A stretch of DNA of 64,000 nucleotides, taken from positions 18,228,001 to 18,292,000 of the forward strand of contig OZ193909.1 of assembly GCA_964276515.1 (NCBI GenBank). The letters are read 5' to 3'. Positions 1-12,121 of this stretch are shown here, one piece after another. The position numbers were made by a program, and so were the translations under genes. The stretch's first letter is position 1; each line of letters starts with the position of its first letter. The notes under the pieces were generated by a model. That model was not told where the DNA came from. It saw nothing but the letters and a program-made list of their open reading frames with translations, and made no database searches. Source of the stretch: Gordius albopunctatus (taxonomy: Eukaryota).

Positions 1-3000
1 CAAAGATAATATCTCATATGATAATACTAGGCTTGTATGAATTGTTGGTAGTATTACTCTTAGTACTTATTATAATATATGATATTCTATCTACACCTGC
101 CCCCTCCCTAACCTAACCCTTCGCTCTCTTGATATAATAAAGTAAAGAACTTTACTTAAATAATACTATGATCTTGCCCCCTGTTATGGGAGAGGGGGGG
201 GGTTGCCTTACTAACACTGCTCACGCGTGCATTGAAATGGAACCGTCCCGTGTGTGTAGTGTGGTCGCAGATTAATTTCTGTTATTGTCCTTGTTTTTCT
301 TATACAGAACTAGAGCAGCATGAAAAAACCGGTGTTTCATTATAATATTATCGGTCGTGACAAAGCGTAGCGTATTTATGACCCTCTATACTCTATAATG
401 AATGATGCCTCCTATAGTAATTACTTATTGTGGGGAATACTAATGATGAGTGAGAGGAGCCCCCCCCTCCTTTCTTTGCCTGTTTAATCAAGCGCGCTTC
501 CGTTCTCCTCAAATAATAGCTTTGTAACCGCGCGCACTACTCGTTAATTATATTGCGCGCGGTTCAATTTAGTAATTATATTTAGGTCGAGATGCCACAT
601 AATTTCATAACCTAAAAAGCATGATTTCTTTGATGGATTAGATACTCTAATATACCATGAAAAATAAATCTGTGTATGGTATGAATGGGCCCTAATATTA
701 CGAAATTTAAAGGTAATCTTCACACCCCCCCCCGGTCTCATGTCTAATTTATTATTTTAATTATGGCTGAAAAGCTAGGACATAATAAACCGCACTTAGT
801 CAATCAACAAAGCGCGAGAATATAAAGAGGTTTGTTTTTTTATTGTTTAGCTTCATAAAATTACAAAACATTAAGGTTTTAACCGTAGTAAAGTAATTTA
901 TCAAAGTGAACGCAATAAAATCCGCTAAAAATTAAAAAAAAATGGCTTTGCGTGTGCATCAGCTCACGTTGAAATCGCACGTAATAATAAAGGTGTTTTA
1001 TTTAACAGTGTTCGGGGGGATGAGTTAGGACATCGAACTTAAGCCAATTTTATCATGCATTTTTACGTATAAATTAAAAGCTTACATTATTAAACATTTT
1101 ACTTTTCTATGAACCGTAGCACCTCACTCAAAAGTATATCAAATTACTTACTGTGACTAGATGTGTAAATAGCTAGTTTGCCTGCCACCCTTCTAAAATA
1201 AAAGAAGTATAAATAAATAGGGTGCGTAATACTTAAGGAATGCACTCATTATAAAAAAATGGTCTTAGTAAACACGGCTAGATGATTTTCTTCCGATATA
1301 GGGATGTTAAAAATAGCAATTACATAAATCGAGGCGAAATTTTAAGATAACAGAAATAAAAAGAAAACGGGTCGTGAGTCTGCAATATTCGCTGGGCTCT
1401 GGCGTCGCTCGAAATATAATTACACTGGGCGTAGCCAGGATTGGATTAAGGGGGGGGGGCAATATAATTTCGTGAGGGGCTAAATGATCATTTTTTGAAA
1501 TATTAACCATAATTATATAATGTTTTTGGGGATTTAGAGGGGGGCAGTCGCTCATCCCTACCACCCCCTGGCTAGGCCCGTGGAGAGATAACGCCTCGGT
1601 GTATAAATTTCTGCATTGCCGCAGTAAAAAAATATTCTTGGAAATAGACTAGGCGGGACAACATGAGACTGAAATTGAAAAGCACATGGACTTGTTAAGC
1701 CATTTTTACTGAATTCTAAAGAGATGGGGGAAAACAACATTTTTATATTCCACCCTCCTCTAGCCATAGAATTTTTTCTCTCTCCTTCATTATATAAGAA
1801 AAATGTATGTTTCTATGAATGTGATGAAATGGCACTGTGTATGTACAAAATAATGCTACTTTAAACTGGGAAAACTCACTTTACAGAAGCTTTTTTTATG
1901 TATATGGATGATAGTTTAGTAAGTAGTAATTTGTAAGGATAATGGAGGCAGCTTGATATTTTCCAGAAGAAAAAGATTTGAACCAGGCTCCTCTCGTTAT
2001 GGTTTAAAGAAAATGTTGCCAAAATCAGTATGCCCTTTAACATGCATTGTTGTACTAGTTAAGTTTTCGAGTTACCATTAAAAGTAACAATTTTTTCAAT
2101 AAAAATAAAAAAATAATGAATTTATTGCCACAAAAGATTCATTGTAGTAAATAAATACTTATGGAGTTTAAGATTCCGTTTTAAATTTATATGGAGCTAT
2201 AAAAAAGGATGCAATATAAAATAATGTAGTATGGTTGATGGAGTTTGTAAACCACGATCGGAAGTAGAAAAGCAATTTAGCATGGATAGGATATAATAAA
2301 ATTGCATTCTTAAAATATTTGCTGTATGGAACGTGCAGCAACAGAAAAAATTTGGAGGGGTAGGTTTTATATTTTATGCTTTTGGATTGAGTTGGTAGGT
2401 AGGAGGAAATGAACCGAAGGTTAGGAATATAATATTTAATGCAAATGTATATAATTTACATTAGTTTAACATACCAAAATCTTATTCAGGAATGATAATA
2501 GGCATTAAACTATGAAATTTAAATAAAGCTTTGAAAGGTTTAGTAGAAATTTAAAAATAAAGTTTATAGCGATTTTAAAGTAAGTTTTCTTCGAAATACA
2601 ATGTGTATCAAAAATTGTGGTTTCATATATGATGCCCAATAAAAATTACTAGTGTTTTCCGAGAATTATAAAATGAAAAGGTTTAGAGTTTCTTAACCTA
2701 ATCTCCTCCCTTAATTTTAAAGTTCATTTGCTTTAATTCAAACAGACGATTTTAAAACCTAGTGAAATGTTTAAAAATTTGTCGTTTAGCTATTGATGTT
2801 CGATTAAATATTTCTCAAAATGTTATTATAATTCTTTACAAATTGCCTTCATTCAACCAACCGCTATTTATGTAAACCCAAAAATTGTTCAAAGAAAGAT
2901 ATTTGACCTCAGTAAAATTTGGTGCGTCAGCTGTCTATTTCTTATCCCAAAATATGGAAAATTATTATGATTAATTGTTTCAGAGCTGGAATGTTGAAAA

Positions 3001-3539
3001 AAAATTAAAACCTCTCAAAACTAAACAGAGAAAACCTTGTTTTTCTTTCTCCAACCCAAACCAGTTTAGTTTCGGTATAATAAGATTAAAATTTTAAAAA
3101 TAATTGTTATTCTAATTCTTTTCTAAACTTGGCAAATCAAAATGTAAAAAATCTTTAAATATAAAAGATACTTATATGAGGTGCGTGAATTTAAGCCCAG
3201 TTGAATATAAAAAGCATCTAATTAAGGCGATAAATTCGTTTATTCAATAAAGCAGACGATAAAATAGCCACCGTAAATCGCCTGCTTCTTAAACTATAAC
3301 AAGAAGTCTTAGATCGTTCCGTAGAAAAGAAGTTTATTATATATACTATCGTATCTCATATATAAAATGTGGCATATAAAAATAAATATATACTTTACAA
3401 TGAGCAATACACATGTGTACATTTAGGTCAGTTTTTACGTGAATCCTTTATACTTTGGGAGACTTCAATCCTGAAGCGATCACAGACAGACAAATCCTGA
3501 ACGGGGAAGGTGTGTCACAAGTTTAATAATGTTAAGTAA

Positions 3540-4670
3540 TTAGTTGTTGTTAGTTATTTTAGAATTCGAATCGATTAAAATGCCATGACTACACTTCGGA
3601 CATCCGAAGCACTGTTTTTGAGTATTGTATCGCCGCTTATCGACTGTAACTGTGTTTGTAGGGACTCTAGGCTCCTTTTTGGCAGTTTTTTTCCTTCTTA
3701 GGACTCTACTAAGGGCCTTGAGCGGAGGGTAAAGGCATAAACAAGGGCACAGCACGGACATGAGTAGTAAGCCCGACCAGCGCATAAATAGCTTGTATTT
3801 GGGGTTACTACCGCCGCCGCCACTGCTGCAAGAACAGGGATTTAGGTATATATCGGGCGATTGAATTTTTTTGATATTGGAGTTACGGGTCGATAATGTG
3901 CTTGGGGAATTAAACGGAGGGTTGTTATTGTTGTATTGGTAGTCGTCAGAAGAGCAAACGCTACTGTTACTTCCATCCCAAGAAGAATCTTCTCGATTTT
4001 CGTCGTCGGGTGGGGCTAGGCAATGGTACAGCAAAAATTTGACGCCACACATGCAGGACAGGGCGTCTATGCAGGAATCGGGCGTTATCGTTAAACGCCC
4101 TCCGCATATATCGAGGTAGGGTTCTCGGTCAAGCGTTAGCTTTGTGGGTAGAGCTTCGGGATCAAGTGTTGGCAGAGAGCGCGCTCCAACGAGCTTATTA
4201 TGTGGATGAGGAGTTTGTAGGTGCCAGCTGTCTTGATAACCACAATTCGGACATTGTGTGACACAAGCGTCTTTAGCGGCGATAGAAGAGCGTCTTTGTA
4301 GTGTGTGTATCGAGTTTAAATTTTCGAATTTTAGCGCTTTAGGGTCGGTGTTATTGCTAGATTTTGTGGGAAGGGTAGGATGGGGACATAAACGATTTTG
4401 ATCGGTAAATGTCTGCTGGCTAATGTAAACATCATCAACGGGTTGTTGTTTTAACAGGGAGGAGGGATTCGATTTGGTTTGCAGCAGTTCTAGTTCTTTC
4501 TTCCGCTTTTCGTGTTTGATTTGCGAGAAAGTTTTTGGCTTGGCAGCAGAATTATTTATGGGGGTAAGAATGTAATCGTTACGGGAGCGGACGCTGGCTA
4601 TTTCTTCGATCGAATACGTTTTATGTTTCGGTTTCGAACCCTTGTTAATTTTGTTAGTGATAGCATCCAT
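3540..4670 (-). CDS. spry: Sprouty family RTK/MAPK feedback inhibitor (376 aa, single coding exon)
   Basis: N-terminal RxxNDY tyrosine motif (RSRNDYILTP); cysteine-rich SPR domain motifs CIDALSCMCGVKFLLYHC, NPCSC and RWSGLLLMSVLCPCLCLYPPLK; AG immediately before the ATG and an AAG|GTAAAT donor at 4777 suggest a 5'UTR intron. Confidence 0.9.
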   Translation of the reverse strand: MDAITNKINKGSKPKHKTYSIEEIASVRSRNDYILTPINNSAAKPKTFSQIKHEKRKKELELLQTKSNPSSLLKQQPVDDVYISQQTFTDQNRLCPHPTLPTKSSNNTDPKALKFENLNSIHTLQRRSSIAAKDACVTQCPNCGYQDSWHLQTPHPHNKLVGARSLPTLDPEALPTKLTLDREPYLDICGGRLTITPDSCIDALSCMCGVKFLLYHCLAPPDDENREDSSWDGSNSSVCSSDDYQYNNNNPPFNSPSTLSTRNSNIKKIQSPDIYLNPCSCSSGGGGSNPKYKLFMRWSGLLLMSVLCPCLCLYPPLKALSRVLRRKKTAKKEPRVPTNTVTVDKRRYNTQKQCFGCPKCSHGILIDSNSKITNNN

Positions 4671-5772
4671 CTAACTCTTAAAACCCCTACAATGAGCATA
4701 AATGTAAGTAATATTTAGGTTAAAAAGTTTTGAAGATATATAAGGTAATGAATATTATATAAGAGAAATAAATTTACCTTATAATAAAAATGAGTAAGCA
4801 AATACTGTGGGGAATAATCGAGTCCAAATAACAGGCAAAAAATCGCGCCTTCGCAAGCCGATAGATGGTAAAAGAGGGAAGAGAGTGGAACGCGAAATGC
4901 TGAATGGATGATTCGTAATTACGACTATATCTTTTTATAAAAAATATACAGGAGCTAATATCTAGGCAGCAGGAGCCTATATGAGTGCATGATGTATTTG
5001 TTTATCGACGCGTAAATATTATAAATGTGTGAATGGAAAAAAGTAAAGGGGGGAGGAGAGAGAAAGGAAGGGGGCTGCGGATGGGTGTATCTCGCTCGAG
5101 GGTGGGGAGAGACGGAGGAGAGGGAAAAATTATTATATTTTATTTTTACATCACGCATGCAAACCATGCGCGGCGCGGCGCGATAGTGTGTGTAAAAAAG
5201 TGTATAGCGCGAGGAGTAGCAGAAGGCAAGGCAATATGTGTACAATACATAACATGCACACCAGGCACAAGCATCAACCAACACAACACAGGCAGGCAAC
5301 CAACCAAGCAATAGTATAAAACGACCTTATCTCCCTCCTCCCCACACTGCCGTGCCTGCCTCTTATTTGTTTATTTATTTTGCAAAAAGAGGAAATGGGT
5401 GTTAACCCACGCGCTGCTCTGACCCCTAGCAATTAATTATGCATAAATGTGGACTCGATGACACCGCAACACACACCCCTTAACTTAATTTCATTAATTA
5501 CAAAAAGTTAAATTAAAAATTTCGTTCCAATTCATATTTCGTAAAAATATTAAAGCTATTTGAAGTTGAATATATCATCTCTCCCCACAAAACTGAATGG
5601 TAAAAATAAAGACGACCTAAGGGGAGGGAGAGGGTTTCATCACATGCGAATAAATAATATAATGACATTGTCCCGTTGTCTTTGTCACACATAGCACGAC
5701 ACAACAAGACAAAGACTGTCTCGCGCCTTTTAACCGCCTTACCCCCAGCCCCTCCTTTCCTTACCCCTAGAA

Positions 5773-6315
5773 ATTTCCGGTCCGGAAATGAATGATATAT
5801 ATACACACATATAATGTAATGGAGGGGTGAGGTTGGCTTATAAACGATCAAGCAATTAATGCACAACAAGGGCGTAACCGTAAGAGAGGAGAGAGAGAGA
5901 TAGAAAGAGATTATTATACGTACGCTAAAGTCTGCTAGCGGGAGGGGGTATTGTAAGAGTTATATGGTGAAATAGTATATCATCCCCCCCCCTCCCTACC
6001 CACCAAAACCGCACTAAAAATATGCTGAAAATAGTAAAGGGGAGGGGAGGGGATAATTTTAAAACTGAAAAAGAGAGAAGAGACGGTGTTGTAACAGGGG
6101 CTGATGTCACGTATTTTATAATTATTGCTTGTATCGTACAATTACAATAATTTTATTGATTTTTAGTGATGATCGAACGTGTGAAGGGGAAGACTTTCAG
6201 TATAGTATGAGTATCAATGTTTTCCGTTGTTAATATTTACCGCGATATTCCTAGTCTACCAATTAGGTCAAAGCGCGCGCGCTCTAATAGGTAGTAGGTA
6301 CACAGGAAATGACGT
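5773..6315. promoter_or_regulatory. Putative ETS-responsive upstream elements of sprouty
   Basis: Palindromic double ETS site ATTTCCGGTCCGGAAAT (5773-5789) and ETS/CRE-like composite CAGGAAATGACGT (6303-6315) in transposon-free sequence; motif match only. Confidence 0.4.
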
Positions 6316-8799
6316 AATAAAGAGCTTAAGGTCTGCTGCCGCTCTGTTATTGTGAATGAGAGCAAATATGCACCTTCTAAGGGCGTGATATTTTTTTGAA
6401 CCATTCAATTTATACCTGGTTGTTATATGAAATGTGGGGTACTATGTGACCCCATAACATTAACGTTAAAATTTAACTTTATTTTGTTGTTATGTAGTCA
6501 GAAATTCCCCATCCTTATGGTTGTTAGAATAGGACTTCTCTTCTTCTTTATCAGTTATTTAGAAGATGTTGTTAGATTAGGACTAATAAAACTTATTACA
6601 AATTTCATATAAATAATTTTTTTAATTAGTTTTTATTAAAAACAATTAAGAATTTTCATGGGGGGGGGGCAGATGGCCCAGGTGACCCGCATGCTCCTAT
6701 CCATCTTAATTATATTACTTTATGTATTGCATTTTATGATGGGAGACGCGGGGAGGTGGTAACGAAGCGAAAATTTGTTATATAAAAACGGAAATGGTAG
6801 CTAAATTCGATTATTTACTTAGGACCCACATTTTTAATTTACTCAATTGCCTTGAACTCAATATGCCAAATTTTATATTTATTAGCCTACTTTTGATTCG
6901 TTGTTTGAGTAAGAAAGTCAGCTGTGAACTATGACAAACTTTATTTTCAACTGTCCAATTTTTTGATTGGAAATTTCTTGATACTATTCACACTTGCAAA
7001 TTTAAAGATTAAAATTTAAATTTACGTGTCATTTATTACTTTGCGGTGAAATTTTAATTAGATTTTTATTAATTATTATCATAAATGCATTAAAGTAAAA
7101 AAATTCTCAATTGATCTTGCACCTATTTATATTTGCTGTGATGGGTGCAACCAGGTTTTGGATTTTGGATCCATTGGCCCTAGCCATCTTAGTAAATTAT
7201 GATCAAAAGCTATGCAACTAGAATTAAAACCAAAGTGATGGGTTTTAATCTTTGAGTTATTCTAATTTTTTATTCATTGGTAATATCGAAAAATTGGACT
7301 ATAATATAAGAAAAAAATGCATATATAACATTCGAACGCCCAAATTGTAATATAAAATTAACAAGATGGTCTTCCAAAAGTGACCATCAATCTACAAACA
7401 TTAGCTAATAACTACGAGTTCCACCCTGCCGCTATTTAGAAAACGGCCACCAGTTCCATCGTGAGTGTAGCCAGGGGGTAACAGGGATGGGCGGCTGCCT
7501 CCCCCTCTAAATCCATAAATTCTTTAAAAAATTAAAAAAATAATTGTTTTAAAAAATTATCATTTTGCCCCACCCTTTAAATCATTATTGCCCCCATCGA
7601 GTTCCAAACATGGTTGCGCTTTGTCAGTATATAACCTAGCAAATATAACTTTTGATTCGATTATTATCACTTTCACTATTATTTTTTTGTATTTTGTCGA
7701 TTTTTGATGTAAATAATTATTTTTCTCGACATTTTGTTACTTTCTATAAGATAATCTTCCTTTTTTTCAGCTCTAGCCATCAAACAAAATAAATATTTAT
7801 TTAAAATGCGAAAATAAATATAAAATGCGGGATTTTATTGAGAAAAGGTTATTTTTATCCAATCTAAATATAACTTATTAATCATGGTCGATGGGGGGGG
7901 GGGGGCCAAAATGAATAAGAGAGGGGCAAATAGAGCTTTTTGTAAAAAAATTTGACCATATTTTATCTAATTCATTTAAAAAATTTAAACGGGAGTTGGA
8001 GGGGGTGGCAGCTGCCCCCTTTACCCACTTCTAGCGACGCCCTCGAACTTAATCTTTTTAGAGGATGTGTACAAAATTTTGAATTTAATCAATTTAATTT
8101 ATGTATTATTTCATATAGGTTTATGAGTAACTTCAAAAATAATTATCTCATTAATAAAAAAGATATTATATGTGTGGTCTGGGCCCCGTCTATTTTAGAC
8201 TTTCAGTCTAGACAAGTATAATATTTATGAACCAGGGTATTTCTGGTTAAGCTCAATAAAACAATTGTTATGGGCAAGATAAATGCCTTTGATCATTTTC
8301 GTCTGTAAACTATAATTAATCATTCCCCTACGTGGAGTATAGCTAAAACTAAATTTTGCCTTATAAACAGTGGCTTAAATCAACGTTAAAATTGCGAAAA
8401 GAAGCATATTTCGAATGAAATAAAATTACTAAAAAAAAACTTTTGTTTGAAGTCAAAGACGTGTTGATTACTTAAATACAAAAGCCTTTATTTACATCAA
8501 AGAATTCGGAGTTTTACAATGATAAAGAGATCATATTAAGCGTACTTGGTTGAAGTGCCTTTACATTAAGGTGAAATAACTGTTTATTATGAACTTTTAA
8601 ATTATTTTTGCTAACACTAAAACTACGATCCATAAATTTTTGTAAAAATAAAATCTTTTCGTTTTTATCTCGTAAATTAATTGTTCTTAGGTGCGTATAA
8701 TAAAATAAATACTTTAGCTACAAACATTCGATGAAAAATTCATAATAAAAGGAGTATATACATTTGTTAACTTTTCAATCTCAATATCTTAATTCTAGG

Positions 8800-8937
8800 C
8801 ACGGGCATAGCCAAGGAAGGGGGCGGGAGGAAATGCATCCCCCCTCTAAATCCAAAAATTTGTTGAAATTTATTAAAATTAAATTATCGTTTTGCCTCTC
8901 CCCCCCCCCTCTAATCCTAATGCTGGCTACGCCCATG
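8800..8937. mobile_element. hAT-type MITE (CATGGGCGTAGCC-terminus family)
   Basis: Termini CACGGGCATAGCC / GGCTACGCCCATG; 8-bp near-TSD attctagg/agtctagg. Related copies at about 1424-1582, 7464-7623, 9860-10020, 10200-10323, 11470-11590, 12608-12783, 14451-14619, 21675-21843, 48922-49047, 54053-54218 and 56028-56185. Confidence 0.8.
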
Positions 8938-10353
8938 AGTCTAGGTGTGCCGACGGATTTTATTTGTAAAAATGATATTTTTAGAGAGGAAAAACGCATA
9001 AAAGTTCAATTATAGACAGAGGTCACTTAACAATCTAACTTTTAAAAAGGTTTTCGAGCGACACCAGCTAGGCAGCTGTCTCAAAGACGTGCCAATTTAA
9101 CTGTCTGTATACCAATGTGCTGACAATAATTCCCCAGCAGCATTTTTCACACGCGGGATAATTTTTTATTTAATTTAACTAAATTTGCGTTCAGTACATT
9201 ATAGTACTTTTAAACATATGGGAAGGATGGGGGGGGGGGGGGGGAAGTTGCCCCTCTTTGCCCCCCCCCCCTTAGCTACACCCTACCCTGTTCATTTTAA
9301 AACCCAAAACCTCACGTTTTTTGAAAGCAGAATTTGGTTTGTGGCGGCCGGAAGTCTGAGGCAAACCGTGGTATGAGTAATTACACTCTCTAGTCTATTA
9401 TTTTATTTATTAAACCCAAATGCTTTATTACTGGAAATTTTAACTGCCACTTTTTTAATTGACGAGGGGGGGAGACGTTTTTATGGGTGGAGTGTAAGAT
9501 ATACCTTTTAATTTATCCCACGCTTTAGTACATTTTGACCCCGGGTACGTTGGTTCGTTTTCGATTTTTTCCTACTAATTAACTACTTATGTAATTGGAA
9601 GCAGACGTTTCTTTTTATTTTAAAAATAAAATTCTCAGGAATGATCTAAGGGAGGGGCACCCGCCCCTTCTTGCTTCTCCTACGCTACAGCCAAGGGAAT
9701 TAGAAAAAATTAGCTTGTCTAAAATAATTATAAAGTTCTTTTTGTCCTGTTAAACATTTGTAATGTCGTATTTATTAAATCACTGTATATAATCAATTTG
9801 TATAGCCAGTCGCACAAATTTTTTTCCATTCTGCACTTATTTCTTAAATAAAGGTGTAAAGGGCGTAGCATAGTCAAGGAAACAGGGAGTGGCGGCTTAA
9901 CCCCCCCCCCCCCCTCACTATTTAAAAATTATTAATATTTAATATAATTACCGTTAATATCAAAAGCACTTATTTGCCTTTCCCTGCATCAATATTGCCT
10001 CCCCTTTCATTTAAGTCCTCGACCATTAATCATAGTTGAACTTAAGGTTGACCAAACAAAACCTAGCCGCTTTTACAATACTAAGTCGAAATATCATGGG
10101 AATTTAAATCTTCTTTCCCATAGCATACCAAGCTGGAGCTATTGATCCCCATAATTAGTGGTTTCTAAGGGTCATTTTGCGTGAAAAAAAACTTCATCAG
10201 AGGGGGGCAATAACGATTTTGGGAGGGGTAAAATGATAATTTTTTTATAAATTTTGCCTTAATTTTTAGGATTTAAAGGGGGGCAGCCGCCCCTCCCGCC
10301 CCCCCCCCTTGCCTACGCCCATGACCATGTTCTAAGCCAAGATCAGTATAAGT

Positions 10354-11108
10354 CAGTCTTGTTAAGGAGCGGCGAGTGGCGCTCCGGAGCGCCGCTACAT
10401 TTTTCCAAAAAAAGCTGGAGCGTCCCTCCTATTTAAAAATGAGGAGCGAGCGCGGGAGTAGCTCCTTTTTGGGAATTTAATATATAAATTATATTTTTTT
10501 TTAAATATTAATAATATTTGTTAATTAAAATTTAATGAAAATATAATTTTATTTAAATTTATTCATTATGTTGAGCCGAGTTTTATATTGATTTTTCATC
10601 TAATCATTTGAAGCATTAAACATCAGTTTTTCCTTTTTATATTGAAAATTTTTTGACAAATCTTCTAAGTCATATAAATATTCATTTTATAGATATATAA
10701 TAAAAAATAGTTTTATTATGGATTTAGTAGAGATTTTAGAAGAAGAAACCAAATTTCCATTTCCACCATACAAAAATATTTCAAGCTTATAGATGATAGG
10801 GGGAGAAGCGTAGGTGTTTGTTGAATTCTAATTTAGAAAATTTATTACTTTTAAAAGCTAATAAAAGATTATAACTATTTTGATATATCATATAATTTAA
10901 ATAAAACGTTTTGATAAAAAAAAAATATGATTTTGTTTCGTGTACCTTCTAAAAAAATGAAAATCAAAGGAGCGGTTATGAAGCGGCACTCCATTAGCTG
11001 GAGCGGGAGCGCTCCTTTTATTATGTAGTAGCGGGAGTGGGAGTTCGCTCCTTTTGAGAAGGTAGGAGCGGGATTCGCTTCTTTTAAAAAGGAGCGTTAA
11101 TAAGACTG
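10354..11108. mobile_element. Non-autonomous hAT element
   Basis: TIR CAGTCTTGTTAA / TTAATAAGACTG, perfect 8-bp TSD gtataagt, subterminal GGAGCG repeats. Confidence 0.85.
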
Positions 11109-12093
11109 GTATAAGTCCTTTCAGAAGCATCACTACATTTGGGATCAAAAAGCTTTTATATAAAACCTGTTTAAGTCTACTTAAACCAAAGATCGACCAA
11201 ACAAAACGCAGCCGTTTTTACAAAACTATGGATCAAGGTGTGAAGGCAAATATCAATTATTGTCATTCACATTTAATCTGGCAAGTGACAAATTTTAATT
11301 AGATAGAAATTTGATTTCTAAATGATAGACGATAACGAGAGAGATGAAAATAAGTTGGCTAAATTAGCAAATTAGTCTTGAATTTTGATATTTCTGACTT
11401 AGATTTCGAATCAATCTCTCTCGATACAAGAATGCTATTTAATATTTTTTAACTGCAAAAAACAAGACCCATGGGCCTAGCCAGGAATGATTTAGGGAGG
11501 CCTAAATGATAATATCTTGCACATAATTTAATTAAATTTTAAATAATTTTTGGCTTTAGAGAAGGTAGCCGCCCCTCCCTACCTTCCCCTCATATCTTAT
11601 AAAAATTCCAAATTGCATCATATCTATACTTTATGTATATTCTTTTACGCTGACGATTCTTAAACTTTATATGATTTAGGAAATTTAACAACTTCTCTAA
11701 GGCATATTCCTCCTTGCTTATTTTTAACCTGGCACTTAAGTTACCGGAATGAACTTTGAATAATAGCCTCTTACAAGCGTAAGATATTATAAAACAACAT
11801 TAACGAGCGCGCCTCTATAAATTACAAAGGTCATAGTAGTTTAAAAACTCCATAAATATTACATATATATATTCCTCGTATATGATGCAGTAGCACAGAA
11901 TCGAGAGGAAGTGTAGTTTAACATATAAAATAATACATACATACATACATATTATATGCTTAGACTAAGGCGCTTAACCACAAATCGGTAGTGCTCCCCC
12001 CCCTCGGTCGGCATCCCTAGTCCCTACCATAAATAGATTAGGTATCAAATTTCTCGATGGAAAAAAAGCTAAGGGGGGAGGGAGCCATTTATT

Positions 12094-12121
12094 CCCTTTG
12101 ATTTCACTTTCTTCCGGAAGT
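12094..12121. promoter_or_regulatory. Putative distal enhancer motif pair (TCF/LEF + ETS)
   Basis: CCCTTTGAT followed 8 nt later by the overlapping palindromic ETS site CTTCCGGAAGT. Confidence 0.3.

Noticed and set aside
4955..6110. Short ORFs upstream of sprouty
   Set aside because: Low-complexity translations of promoter/UTR sequence with no recognisable motifs
10175..10200. CTGATGA on the minus strand as a hammerhead
   Set aside because: No stem II and no GAAA
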